A stretch of DNA of 63,492 nucleotides, the filler included, from Octopus bimaculoides (Eukaryota), in the NCBI RefSeq assembly GCF_001194135.2. It is 8 parts of 8 records of this genome, joined end to end, with 100 filler letters (N's around TTAATTAATTAA, not from the genome) between each part and the next. Parts side by side here need not be neighbours in the genome. Positions count along the whole stretch, not along the records: positions 1 to 14,002 come from NC_068981.1; positions 14,103 to 25,242 come from NC_069007.1; 6 more parts are not named here. The stretch is one strand, 5' to 3'. Positions 12,136-23,938 of this stretch are shown here, one piece after another. The notes below the pieces were generated by a model. It was given only the letters and a program-made list of their open reading frames with translations, made no database searches and had not been told where the DNA came from. The position numbers and the translations under genes are program-made. Within the stretch, counting starts at the first letter, position 1. Every line of letters begins with the position of its first letter.

Positions 12136-13260
12136 GAAATCCCCACTTCTGATTCTGCAGATGAAATCACATTACCAATAGACGAACAAGTTGGCATCTC
12201 TAAACAACAACATCGCTCAACTTAGACAGCAATGAACTTGTTGATAAAAAAAGAATTTAAGCAGTCATACAGCAGCCAATGTTTGCAAACAGCTGAGAGA
12301 GGAAGAGGTAATTCTCCCCCCCCCCCTCTGTCACAGTCAAGAATGTACAAAGCTGTTATAAGAGAAACTGCTAAGATGAAGTAGGAACTAAAAGAAATTT
12401 TTTTAAATGACCTACGGGTGCTCCATTTTGATGGAAAGATTATGAAGGGTAAAAAAAGACAAGTTGTAGTGAAAAACAACTCAAGAGAAATTATATTAGC
12501 AGCACTAACTCTGACGAATGGCAGAGCAGATACCATTTTTCAAGGACTAAAAGAAGTTTTGGATGATTATGAATTGTGGCCAGCAATCAAAATGATCATC
12601 ACAGACATATGTAGTGTAAATACAGGAAAGTATGCTGGATTGGTCATTCAACTTCAGAATGAATTTGTAAAGCATGGATATCCTGCACCTCAATACATCG
12701 GTTGCTAACATCATGTGTTAGACTGCCTCCTAAAACATATAATGGATGATACGCTGAAAGGAAAAACTGCATCACCAAATATATCATATCCGTTCATAGA
12801 CGATTTAATAAAAAAAAAAAAAATAGGATTTGGTGGCAGAATGGAAACAAGGTGAAGCAAAACTTGAAATAGATAATAATCCAGGTTGGAGAGATGAACT
12901 TAAGTTTTTATTTGAACTTTGTCATGCTTTCAGATTTTATCAGTAACAAAGCCTTTTCCCAGAAATTAAGTTTAGAAAAATTCCTAAACTTGACACTACA
13001 TGTTGGAATTCACGAGCAATCTTGGCCATCCTCACATACATGCTTCTGCAACAATGTAGAGAAAAAGTCAACGACGCGAGTTGTTTTATGAGCGAAAACA
13101 GGATGGAAATCTGGTTTTGTGACCAAAGATTTGACAGCATGGCCTACCAGAAACTTTCAGAAGCAGTTTCTGGATATACTAAAGCAAGCAAGTGTTTGAA
13201 AGTTAATTGGAATATCAAAGACTCAGTAATTCAAGATATTCAGTAAAAATAATGGAGGAA
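11290..13260 (+). pseudogene. Decayed DDE DNA transposase (hAT-like, probably hATm-type), interrupted by a SINE and (CAT)n
   Basis: Fragments ELKNLWKKFDFP..KTIVRKVNTLL..SKEDKHFF; LHFDGKIMKG..LAALTLTNGRADTIFQGL..IKMIITDICSVNTG..QYIGC*HHVLD; CWNSRAILAIL. These resemble the H(W/F)DGK, DTxxxNTG, CxHH and RW motifs. Multiple stops and frameshifts. Confidence 0.7.
11668..12056 (+). mobile_element. tRNA-derived SINE family A (tRNA-like head, conserved central block, internal microsatellite), near full length
   Basis: Head TGTGTGGTAAGTAGC...GGGTTCAATCCC (A/B boxes) and body GGGAAAGTGTCTTCTACTATAGCCTCGGGCCGACCAAAGCCTTGTGAGTGGATTTGG. Many homologous copies in the window. Confidence 0.9.
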
Positions 13261-13534
13261 TTAGATTGCAGGTCTTCTGAAAATTTAAATCTGTGATTTG
13301 TTTTAACCAACTGTTGTTGTATTAGGCTTCACTTATTACATTAACAATGCATAACAGTGCGTCTTATTACTTGAACAATATACGCGTGTCCGTAGTAAGT
13401 GTATTGTCATCAGTGGGGGAATTTTTTGTGTCAAAGAAAGAGATGATTATGATTTTTTGCCATTATACCATAACGGTTACCTTCTGGTACCTTGGCCTAA
13501 CTTGACTTGAGATTAGTCATCGCCCTAACATCTG

Positions 13535-13579
<45 letters not shown>

Positions 13580-13668
13580 NNNNNNNNNNNNNNNNNNNNN
13601 NNNNNNNNNNNNNNNNNNNNNNNNNNNNNNNNNNNNNNNNNNNNNNNNNNNNNNNNNTAGGTAGATAT

Positions 13669-13706
<38 letters not shown>

Positions 13707-13754
13707 TGAACATAAAACGTGTATATATATATATATATATAGGAAGAGGATACC

Positions 13755-13960
13755 ATGGGATTGTACCTAGTAAGTTACCCTCCGAGGCACAAGTCTGGGC
13801 AAGATTGTTTGTGGAAGGCTAGCAGTCGCCCATGCATACCAGACTCCCCTCTCCACACCACTGATGTTATCCAAGGGAAAGGCAAAGGCCGATACAGCTT
13901 GGCACCAATGATGTTGCAACACATTTCTACAGCTGAGTTGACTGGATCAACATGAAATAC
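13755..13960 (-). mobile_element. SINE family D fragment
   Basis: CATTTCTACAGCTGAGTTGACTGGATCAACATGAAATA is the reverse complement of the TTTCACGTGGCTCCAGTCCATTCAGCTGTAGATG body at 26085-26120. Confidence 0.55.
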
Positions 13961-14329
13961 ACTCACAACCTCACGAGCCTTCATATATGCATATACATAT
14001 ATNNNNNNNNNNNNNNNNNNNNNNNNNNNNNNNNNNNNNNNNNNNNTTAATTAATTAANNNNNNNNNNNNNNNNNNNNNNNNNNNNNNNNNNNNNNNNNN
14101 NNGACTGCGACCATGCTGGAGCATCGCTTTATGTCGGCAAACACAGTGTGTGTGTGTGTGTGTGTGAATGTATGTATATATATGTGAGTATATGTATATG
14201 TGTGTGAGTGTGCGTGTATGTGCGTGTGTGCGTGTGTATGCATGTGTGTGTGTGTGGGGGGGGGGAATGATACATCAGCCACTAACAGGTGGATTGATCA
14301 CGCTTACAGCATCTTTGATTGTAGCTAGA

Positions 14330-14615
14330 CAGGATTAGGGCTAACCTAGGGTTAAATAACGACAACAAAGAAGGACACATCAGATAATATTATCCTAGGT
14401 AGACAGTGTCTGTATATAAAGGACAGGTTGGTCACAACTGGAACGCCTTTGATTGAAAGATCTGTTCGTTGAGGCTTCACCCAGGTCTAAACAGCAGTAA
14501 TTACACATTAGACAATGTAGTCCTAGATACACTATTCCTGAATAAAAGATGGGATGGTCACAACTGGAACGTCTTTCATCGTAGGCCGACTGGATTTACG
14601 ACTGAACAACAATTA
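14330..14615 (+). mobile_element. Two tandem fragments of short retroposon family E
   Basis: GGTCACAACTGGAAC(G)..CTTT occurs twice. Reverse-complement relatives (TTTAGCCCCAGGTCAGC...AAAGACATTCCAGCCGT) are at ~25560, 26465, 28580 and 54245. Confidence 0.55.
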
Positions 14616-15099
14616 CAGACACCAGAAAATACTTGATTGTAAATATACTTACCTGAAGGACACACGTCTGACTTATTGACAATCCGTCTTTTGATGTAGT
14701 AGTGGTGGTCATGTTCATTTAAAGCGTTTAAGTTTGTTGTTATTGCCTAGCAACAAACAGAAAAACCTTCCACCATTTAAGTTTAATAACTAAGGGGAAG
14801 AACTCTTATTTTTTTTAAATGTTAAGACATCAAGGAGTTATGTCCCTTTATTTTAACATCTTCGACATATTCCATTGAAACACCAACCTCCGGCCCGCAG
14901 TTCTTTCCGAATGGCGCGCTTAAACGAAAAGTTACTTAATTTTTTTTTTTCTTTTAATAGTGCGGCCCGCTTGATGATGAGACGTTTCTCATTATTAAAG
15001 GTTGTCCGTAACTACTTTAAAACAAGGGGTAACATACCAGCCGTGTCTCGAACCCAAGCTTTCGAATTTGGACACAAAACCAACAATATTGAGGCAAAG

Positions 15100-15492
15100 T
15101 TCAAGCTAATTATACCGACCCCAATTTTCGACTGTACTTTATTTTATCGATCTCGAAAGGATGAATGGCTAAGTCGCCATCGGTAGAATTTGAACTCAGA
15201 ACGTAGAGAGCCGCAAGAAATGCAGCCAAGCATTTTGTTCGACGCGCTAAAGATTGTGCCTGCTCGTCTCTTTGTATTTAATAACAATTCTCTCTATGGA
15301 CAGCAATTTTGAGTGGATGGGGTCAAGACCATTACAAGGACCTCAGTACATGACTGGTACTTTGTTTTATCGACCCTGAAAATATGGAAGACAAAATCAA
15401 CTTCGGCCTAATTTGAACTCAGAACACAAAGAGCCGGAAGAAATACCGCTAAACTTTTTGTTCGACGCGCTAAAAATCGTGCCAGCTCACCG
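15100..15492 (-). mobile_element. Two tandem decayed copies of SINE family B
   Basis: GAATTTGAACTCAGAACGTAGAG...TTTTGTTCGACGCGCTAA occurs twice; it is the reverse complement of the family B head. Confidence 0.7.
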
Positions 15493-15622
15493 CCCTCCCC
15501 TCCCCGCCTCTACTCCCCTCTCAAAACTATAAGATTGATTTCATGATCCACCACCACACACACACATACACACACATTTTTATTAATGAAGAAGACAAAA
15601 AAAAACAGTCTAATCGTATACT

Positions 15623-15725
15623 CTTTTACTAGAAGACACTTGCCCAAAGTGCCACGCAGTGGGACTGAACCCGGAACCATGAGGTTGGTAAGCAAGCTAC
15701 TTACCACACAGCCAGTCCTACGCCT
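15623..15725 (-). mobile_element. SINE family A head fragment
   Basis: AGAAGACACTTGCCCAAAGTGCCACGCAGTGGGACTGAACCCGG...CTACTTACCACACAGCC. Confidence 0.85.
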
Positions 15726-16215
15726 GTGCGTGTGTTTGAAACATAGCAAGTTATAAAGTTTTCCATCGACAAAATTCTGACATTTACAAATAGATGTCTC
15801 TGAATAAATAGATGGCAAAGCGTTTATGAATAGATGTCTTTGGAACATTCTTTGGGTGTGATGGCAAAACAGACTCACGTAAAAAGCAGCCATATGGGAA
15901 CAATCGAACCAGAAACCTATGAAAACCCAGATCAAAAGAAGGATGGCTAGGATCCACCCCGACGGGAACCAGTTTCCGATATTTATAAGCACGGTATATA
16001 TGCATACAAAAGAAAGATTTGAAGAGTAACACCAAATATAAAACAAGTGGGTGAATATTTTATATAGCACCACATTGTTACAACAAACCTACCACCGAAA
16101 CCACCACCACCACCACCTCTACTACAATATCCATTGTCACTGTCATAATACTTGTCATCTTTCACTGCTTTTACTAGTCATTATAAACTGCCATTTATTA
16201 TCTACTATTATATAC

Positions 16216-16596
16216 TGGTGGAGGCGCAATGGCCCAGTGGTTAGGGCAGCGGACTCGCGGTCATAGGATCCGATCAACGGAACAGCCTGCTCGTGAAATT
16301 AACGTGCAAGTGGCTCAGCACTCCACAGACACGTGTTCTCGGGGATATTCAGCGTGACACAGTGTGACGAGGCTGACCCTTTGAATTACAGGTACACCAG
16401 AAACAGGAAGTAAGAGTGAGAGAAAGTTGTGGTGAAAGAGTACAGCAGGGTTCGCCACCATCCCCTGCCGGAGCCTTGTGGAGCTTTAGGTGTTTTCGCT
16501 CAATAAACACTCACAACGCCCGGTCTGGGAATCGAAACCGTGATACTATGACCGCGAGTCCGCTGCCCTAACTACTGGGCCATTGCGCCTCCACCA
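16216..16596 (-). mobile_element. SINE family C copy carrying an inverted duplicate of its own tRNA head
   Basis: 16267-16596 is the reverse complement of most of 22609-22955. 16216-16270 is a + strand head, creating ~55-bp terminal inverted repeats. Confidence 0.85.
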
Positions 16597-16689
16597 AAGC
16601 AATTGTATTTCACAAATAAAACTTAACCTATGAACCCATTATTTTGTTGTTCTTATATGAATCGTTACCCCATTATCACCCCAGTTTTT

Positions 16690-16792
16690 ACATGAATCGT
16701 TATCCCATTATCGCCCCACTTTTCTTCAACACTTCCCTGGAACTTTCCACCGCCCCCAGGGGAGCAATACCAACCCACTTTGGGAACCACTG
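16690..16792. mobile_element. hAT-Charlie-like MITE end
   Basis: CCCACTTTGGGAACCACTG is the reverse complement of the Charlie-type TIR CAGTGGTTCCCAAAGTGGG. It is followed by CTTTAGAC, resembling the NTCTAGAN target. Confidence 0.5.
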
Positions 16793-19099
16793 CTTTAGAC
16801 TGAAGACAGGGAAATATTAGCATGTGGATGATTATAATATCGTAGAATTGGGACTGTGATAGGACGAAGAGGCAAGCAGGCAGGCAGGCAGACAGGCAGG
16901 CAGACAGACAGACTGGCAGGCAGACTGGCAGGCAGAAAGGAAAATAGAAAGAAAAATAGAGTGAAAGAAAAGAAAGAAAAACGCAAGAAAGAAACGATAA
17001 AAGTAAAGGGGAACAAATAAGAATGAAAGCAGGNNNNNNNNNNNNNNNNNNNNNNNNNNNNNNNNNNNNNNNNNNNNNNNNNNNNNNNNNNNNNNNNNNN
17101 NNNNNNNNNNNNNNNNNNNNNNNNNNNNNNNNNNNNNNNNNNNNNNNNNNNNNNNNNNNNNNNNNNNNNNNNNNNNNNNNNNNNNNNNNNNNNNNNNNNN
17201 NNNNNNNNNNNNNNNNNNNNNNNNNNNNNNNNNNNNNNNNNNNNNNNNNNNNNNNNNNNNNNNNNNNNNNNNNNNNNNNNNNNNNNNNNNNNNNNNNNNN
17301 NNNNNNNNNNNNNNNNNNNNNNNNNNNNNNNNNNNNNNNNNNNNNNNNNNNNNNNNNNNNNNNNNNNNNNNNNNNNNNNNNNNNNNNNNNNNNNNNNNNN
17401 NNNNNNNNNNNNNNNNNNNNNNNNNNNNNNNNNNNNNNNNNNNNNNNNNNNNNNNNNNNNNNNNNNNNNNNNNNNNNNNNNNNNNNNNNNNNNNNNNNNN
17501 NNNNNNNNNNNNNNNNNNNNNNNNNNNNNNNNNNNNNNNNNNNNNNNNNNNNNNNNNNNNNNNNNNNNNNNNNNNNNNNNNNNNNNNNNNNNNNNNNNNN
17601 NNNNNNNNNNNNNNNNNNNNTATTTAGATAATCCTTCTGTAAAGCCCCCCCACCCACATACAGACATAGCCAGACATACCTCCCTGGCTCTGTTCTTTGA
17701 CACAAAGACCACCACCACCACCACCACCACAACCACTTTCATCACCACCAGACTCGCGTTACGGAAAACAAGCACTTAAACCGAAACCACATCGGCCGTG
17801 TTTTAGCAATTATTCCTCGGTTATATTTCTATTTCTACATCGAATTTCACAACTTATAACCACAAGGTATAGTTTAATTACATTTATCATTTTAATCTTC
17901 ATACCAATTATTGTTCTCACCACTGTCTTTCGATTTCTCTCTCTTTTTACTTCCAAATTATTATTTCCTTATTTTATATCTTATATTCTATGTATTCTCT
18001 TTTCTCATTTCGCTGTCTTTTCCTCTTTCATTCCGTCATCTTTTAACCAAATCCCCACACAAATTATAAACTGTTTTGAGACCCCTGTGGCAAATAAAAG
18101 AAATTATTATTATTATTATTATTTATTGTTCTTCCTTCTCATTACATGCTCCTTTATGCAACCCCTCATTTGTATCGTCCCCGATGCTTTCGTGTACCCT
18201 TAAAGCAGTGGTTGATAAAGAAAACATTATTATTAATATGTATATTAGTACAGACAGGACTGCCTGTTTTCTGAGAGGTGTCTCCGTATTTTATTAATTA
18301 TAATAATAATAATAATTAATGTATTTCTTTATTAATTACAAAGAGACTAAAAATAATTATTAACTGTTTCTGATTTCGACATAAGGCTAGAAATTGCAAG
18401 GGTTACATATTGATCGCTAAAATTGACCCCACTATTTTAACATTTAACTGGTATTTTGTTTTAACGATCCTGGAGGAATGAAAGGCACTACTAACCTCGG
18501 CAGGATTTGAACTCAGAACATAAAAAAACTAAGAAAAATATCACAAAGAATTTTCCTAACAAATCTAGCGATTCTGCCAAAATGGCTTAACATATTTTGG
18601 AGGAAGGGGTATGTTGGAGTATCTGAATCCGTATAAATTACCTCCTGTTTTCACGATCTGAGTTCGAGTCTTGTCCAAGAGGAATCGGCTTTTTTATATA
18701 TATTTTTTTCTCTTTAGCCCTACCTGGGGTCTTTAAATTGAAATACCGAACATGTGTCTGGAGGTGTGAGGGAGGGGAGAGAGAGATTCTTGTAGTCTTT
18801 CCTGAAACATGAAAGGAATTATATAAAAGATCTAAAAGACAAAAATATATCAGTCCTCCAGTGTCTAGTTCGCATTTTCTTTCATCAAACAGAAAACCAC
18901 AATAAATAAATAAGTAGAGCTTGGCCGGATTTGAACTTACTATGTAAAGGGACTTAACTAAATCCCTAAAGGCGTCTTTGCCCACCCCCCTATCGACAGC
19001 ACTGGCCCATAGCTCATTTAACTCTTTAATTAAAATTCTTTTTCATTTGTTATCTTAGACATTCCTTTATCAAATATATTTTTAATGAGACAAAAATAA

Positions 19100-19560
19100 T
19101 TTTTACGTGTCCGAAAATTATTAAAATTATGTTTTTTCGCCACCGACCTCGGATTAGAAACGTTTTAAAAAATCATTTTCGTAATTAAATCATTTGTTAT
19201 ATTTGTTAATATGATTTCTAATGATTCGAGAAGCTAACCTCGTGTTTCGAGATCGTATATAGATTATAGATATAGATATATATTTCCGATAAAAAAAAAT
19301 ATTATATATATATATATATTTGTCGATCTACGTCACGATCCGTTTGATGTTCGGTGATCGTCATGAGATGTTTCATTCCTAGAAATCTGTACGTTTCCGA
19401 CTTGACCCTCGATTCGAACTAGAAACCTTTATTTCTAAATGTGTGATTATAACATTCATGTTCACCGAGCCCCTGACGATTGAAGGTATTTAAGGAGAAA
19501 CAATATATTTGGTGGTGATCGCAGATCGAATGGATCGAGACAGGAAGTTAGCAGAGATAT
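19100..19560 (+). promoter_or_regulatory. Candidate SNAP47 promoter / first non-coding exon
   Basis: Locally CpG-rich, non-repetitive segment with a CRE-like TACGTCAC (~19329) and a possible donor GAAG|GTATTT at 19485/19486. The SNAP47 coding exon begins at a splice acceptor, so an upstream exon is required. Placement here is inference. Confidence 0.3.
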
Positions 19561-19894
19561 ATATTATATAATGTATGTATATATTTTATGCGTCTGTACA
19601 CGTATATGCGTACACACACACGTATATATATATTTTATATACATATATTCTTATTCTTTTATGCGTTTCAGCCTAAAGGCTGTAGTCATGCTGGAGCAGT
19701 GTATGTTAAAAATAAATGTTTTGTTTTGAATACATAGCAACAACAAACATTGACTAAATAAAGAACTCAATACTCATGTAGAGTTGAATATAATTTTGCT
19801 GACAGTGACTTCGAAGTTTTTCTACTGGTAGTTTATTCAAACTACATACATACATTCATGCATTAGTGTCAGTTTTGTAATATTTGTTCCAGCC

Positions 19895-20101
19895 AAGACG
19901 GCGAGCTGGCAGAATCGTTAGCACGCCGGACGAAATGCTTAGAGGTATTTCGTCTGCCGCTACGTTCTGAGTTCAAATTCCGCCGAGGGCGACTTTACCT
20001 TTCATCCTTTCTGAGTCGATAAATTAAGTACCAGTTACGCACTGGGGTCGGTGTAATCGACTTAATCCCTTTGTCTGTCCTTGTTTGTCCCCTCTATGTT
20101 T
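19895..20101 (+). mobile_element. tRNA-derived SINE family B
   Basis: GGCGAGCTGGCAGAATCGTTAGCACGCCGGACGAAATGC...GAGTTCAAATTCCGCCG (A/B boxes). Many copies in the window. Confidence 0.9.
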
Positions 20102-21030
20102 NNNNNNNNNNNNNNNNNNNNNNNNNNNNNNNNNNNNNNNNNNNNNNNNNNNNNNNNNNNNNNNNNNNNNNNNNNNNNNNNNNNNNNNNNNNNNNNNNNN
20201 NNNNNNNNNNNNNNNNNNNNNNNNNNNNNNNNNNNNNNNNNNNNNNNNNNNNNNNNNNNNNNNNNNNNNNNNNNNNNNNNNNNNNNNNNNNNNNNNNNNN
20301 NNNNNNNNNNNNNNNNNNNNNNNNNNNNNNNNNNNNNNNNNNNNNNNNNNNNNNNNNNNNNNNNNNNNNNNNNNNNNNNNNNNNNNNNNNNNNNNNNNNN
20401 NNNNNNNNNNNNNNNNNNNNNNNNNNNNNNNNNNNNNNNNNNNNNNNNNNNNNNNNNNNNNNNNNNNNNNNNNNNNNNNNNNNNNNNNNNNNNNNNNNNN
20501 NNNNNNNNNNNNNNNNNNNNNNNNNNNNNNNNNNNNNNNNNNNNNNNNNNNNNNNNNNNNNNNNNNNNNNNNNNNNNNNNNNNNNNNNNNNNNNNNNNNN
20601 NNNNNNNNNNNNNNNNNNNNNNNNNNNNNNNNNNNNNNNNNNNNNNNNNNNNNNNNNNNNNNNNNNNNNNNNNNNNNNNNNNNNNNNNNNNNNNNNNNNN
20701 NNNNNNNNNNNNNNNNNNNNNNNNNNNNNNNNNNNNNNNNNNNNNNNNNNNNNNNNNNNNNNNNNNNNNNNNNNNNNNNNNNNNNNNNNNNNNNNNNNNN
20801 NNNNNNNNNNNNNNNNNNNNNNNNNNNNNNNNNNNNNNNNNNNNNNNNNNNNNNNNNNNNNNNNNNNNNNNNNNNNNNNNNNNNNNNNNNNNNNNNNNNN
20901 NNNNNNNNNNNNNNNNNNNNNNNNNNNNNNNNNNNNNNNNNNNNNNNNNNNNNNNNNNNNNNNNNNNNNNNNNNNNNNNNNNNNNNNNNNNNNNNNNNNN
21001 NNNNNNNNNNNNNNNNNNNNNNNNNNNNGG

Positions 21031-21336
21031 AAGCCTAGTACTTATTCTTTCGGTCTCTTTTGCCGAACCGCTAAGTTACGGGGACATAAACACACCAGCA
21101 TCGGTTGTCAAGCGATGTTGGGGGGACAAACACAGACATACAAACACATACACACATACATATATATATACATATATACGACAGGCTTCTTTCAGTTTCC
21201 GTCTACCAAATCCACTCACAAGGCATTGGTCGGCCCGAGGCTATAGTAGAAGACACTTGCCCAAGATGCCACGCAGTGGGACTGAACCCGGGACCATGTG
21301 GTTGGTAAGCAAGCTACTTACCACACAGCCACTCCT
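21031..21336 (-). mobile_element. SINE family A
   Basis: Reverse complement of the element at 11668-11965. Confidence 0.9.
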
Positions 21337-21575
21337 ACGATATATGTACATGTATGTACTTACCTTCATCTACATGTATATATATAGATGCATATCTGGG
21401 TACAGGACGTTGCAAAAAAAAACATGGACAAAATGATAAACAAGGTACAAAAAACAAGCGGGCCACATAGAGAACATATCCTTCATCAGCTGCCACCATT
21501 AAAACACTGGCGTTTATTTTTATTTATTTATTTATTTATTTGTTTGTTATTGTAGGTATTTTGACCGTTACCGAG

Positions 21576-22551
21576 ATGTCTGCAACAGGGTTTTATATCC
21601 GAGAATGGTACGCCTCATATTACTGCAACAAGACATCCCAATGGCTGTACGGCAAACTTGTTGCTGACCCCACCCAGATTGTCTTTAAAGAAAATGACAG
21701 CAAAGGAGAAGAAGAAGCTTACACACCCCTGACGTTAGTTATTCCATTTGGCAAAGTGGAAACCATAAAGAAAATGAGGTCAACCGTTATCTTCAGTTCT
21801 TTGGTGATTACATTAAACAACAGCCAAGACATACATTGGTTTTCGTCGTTTACAGATCGCAGTGCCGTTTGTTTAACCTTGAACCATTTCTTAAGATTTG
21901 GTCTGTTTAGCAAAGAATCCAAGGACCAGCCAATGCATAAAGAGAGCACAGAACTTGGCACGGAACTTTTGAAAGTTGCTCACGATTCTGAAAGGACTTT
22001 GGCACAGGCGGCCGAAAAACTGGAATCACAAGGCGAACAAATTGATAATTGCATTGCAGTCATGTACGATATCGAAGAAGACCTTGATGTGTCAGAGAAT
22101 TTAATTAAAGGGTTACAGTCTTGGTTTGGTCAGCTGACCACAATGCAGAAAACTAACGACGTGGTTGACCCAGTGGTCATCACCAACAAAGACATTCCAG
22201 ATGTCCATGAATATGAAGTGCTTTATTACAAGATGGACGAAGACAGATGCCCCTTGCACTCACTGTGTGATGGAATTCTTAGAATCAGTCGCGAAGCTCT
22301 CACCCTCACCACACCACTGCAAGCTGTTGTTGAAAATTATTCTTGGTCAGAAATTTCCCGAGTTTATGCTGTCACACCCTGGGAACTCCATATAAGCCAT
22401 TTCTGTCTTGGAAAACCTGATGTGAATTACACCATTATTTCTGCTCACATTCATAAATTTGTCAAAAGACTGGCTTCCCGCCTTAAGGACAGATTTGAGT
22501 TCATGGAGTCAAGCCAATCAGAGAATTTATGTTCTGATCTTCCAATTAAAG
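21576..22551 (+). CDS. SNAP47: Synaptosomal-associated protein 47-like, coding exon 1 (PH-like domain, Qb SNARE, long linker)
   Basis: Acceptor TTGTAG|G at 21555/21556, ATG at 21576, donor AAAG|GTAAGC at 22551 (phase 1). N-terminal beta-rich PH-like segment (WYASYY..WLYGKLVAD..FGKVETIKK..HWFSSF), then a heptad SNARE motif with zero-layer Q (LESQGEQIDN..IEEDLDVSENLIKGLQSWFG). Confidence 0.88.
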
Positions 22552-22608
22552 GTAAGCTTTATTCTTTTATGCATTCTTGTACTTATTCCTGCCTGTTACC
22601 TCTGGTCA

Positions 22609-22997
22609 GTGGAGGCGCAATGGCCCAGTGGTTAGGGCAGCGGACTCACGGTCATAGGATCGCGGTTTCGATTCCCAGTCCGGGCGTTGTGAGTGTTTAT
22701 TGAGCGAAAACACCTTAAGCTTTACGAGGCTCCAGCAGCAGATGGTGGCGAACCCTGTTGTACTCTTTCACCACAACTTTCTCTCACTCTTACTTCCTGT
22801 TTCTGTTGTGCCTGTAATTCAAAGGGTCAGCCTTGTAACACTCTGTGTCATGCTGAATATCCCCGAGAACTACGTTAAGGGTACACGTGTCTGTGGAGTG
22901 CTCAGCCACTTGCACGTTAATTTCATGAGCAGGCTGTTCCGTTGATCGGATCAACTGGAACCCTCAACATCGTAAGTGACAGAGTGCCAACAACAAC
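22609..22997 (+). mobile_element. tRNA-derived SINE family C, full length, in the SNAP47 intron
   Basis: GTGGAGGCGCAATGGCCCAGTGGTTAGGGCAGCGGACTC...GGTTTCGATTCCC head and a (CAA)n tail. Confidence 0.9.
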
Positions 22998-23002
22998 ACG
23001 AT

Positions 23003-23352
23003 AGAATCCTACCCAATGACTGGTGTAACAACACCATAGTCAATTGCTACAAAGGTAAAGGTGATGCCTTAGAAATAATTACAAAGGTACCAAATTGTTG
23101 GATCAGGTGATGAAAGTTACAGAGAGGGTCATAACCCAACTAATTAGGGAGAGAGTCTGTCTTGATGAGATGCAGTTTGGTTTTGTGCCAGGGAAAAGCA
23201 CCACTGGAGCTATATTTCTGGTAAGGCAGCTACAGAAGTACCTAGCCAAAGACAAACCTCTGTACTTGACTTATGTTGACATGGAGAAACCCTTTGACAG
23301 GGTCCTTTGATCCCTTATCTTGTGGTCAGTGCGAAAACTAGGGATAGATGAG
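23003..23352 (+). mobile_element. RTE-clade LINE reverse transcriptase fragment (frameshifts and stop)
   Basis: PNDWCNNTIVNCYKGKGDA..NYKGTKLLDQVMKVTERV..LDEMQFGFVPGKSTTGAIFLVRQLQ..YVDMEKPFDRV..RKLGIDE matches RT domains 0-3. Confidence 0.9.
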
Positions 23353-23446
23353 TTGTGTGTGTGTGTGTATTACTGTCTCCTAGATTGTTGTAAACAAGTG
23401 ACACCTTCATGCCAACAGTGACACCTTCATTTCAAACAGGGGTAAT

Positions 23447-23700
23447 GTGGAGGCACATGGCTTAGTGGTTAGAGTGTTGGACTCATTCATGATTGTAAGA
23501 TTGTGGTTTCAATTCCTGTACTGGGTGGCGTGTTATGTTCTTGAGCAAAACACTTCATTTCACTTCATTGCTCCAGTCCACTCAACTAGCAAAAATGAGT
23601 AACCCTGTAACGAACCGGCATCTCATACAGGTGGGGAATATGTACCCCATGGAAACCGGGGAAACTGACCCTTATGAGTCGACATGACCCGAAAAGTTAA
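23447..23700 (+). mobile_element. SINE family D (decayed)
   Basis: tRNA-like head GTGGAGGCACATGGCTTAGTGGTTAGAG and body GTTCTTGAGCAAAACACTTCATTTCAC. Relatives at 25982-26235, 52640-52860 and 61320-61432 (-). Confidence 0.7.
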
Positions 23701-23938
23701 CTTTACCTGAACTTGGGAAGTATTGGAAAATATTACCTTATTTGGATATAGGTGAGGGTTAGCAGTGGGAAGGGTATCCTGCTGTAGAAAATAGACCTCA
23801 GCAAAATTCTATCTGACCCATGCAAGCATGGTAAAGTGAATGTGAAAACAATGATGATGATGAATTGAAAGCTGTTTTTTCTTTTTATTGTGTTGTTTTT
23901 TTTTTGTCTTTGTTATTTTTGTCTTTCTTTTTATTTAG

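Noticed and set aside
14047-14058. TTAATTAATTAA flanked by ~44 N on each side; also at 25287, 28734, 35433, 46294, 51608 and 55447
   Set aside because: An identical 12-mer centred in ~100-bp gaps, with stops in all six frames, is an artificial scaffold-join spacer and not biology. It does limit confidence in adjacency across these points.
21540-22703. Track ORF boundaries for SNAP47 (387 aa)
   Set aside because: Uses a TTG start in the intron and reads through the donor into a SINE; replaced by the spliced model.
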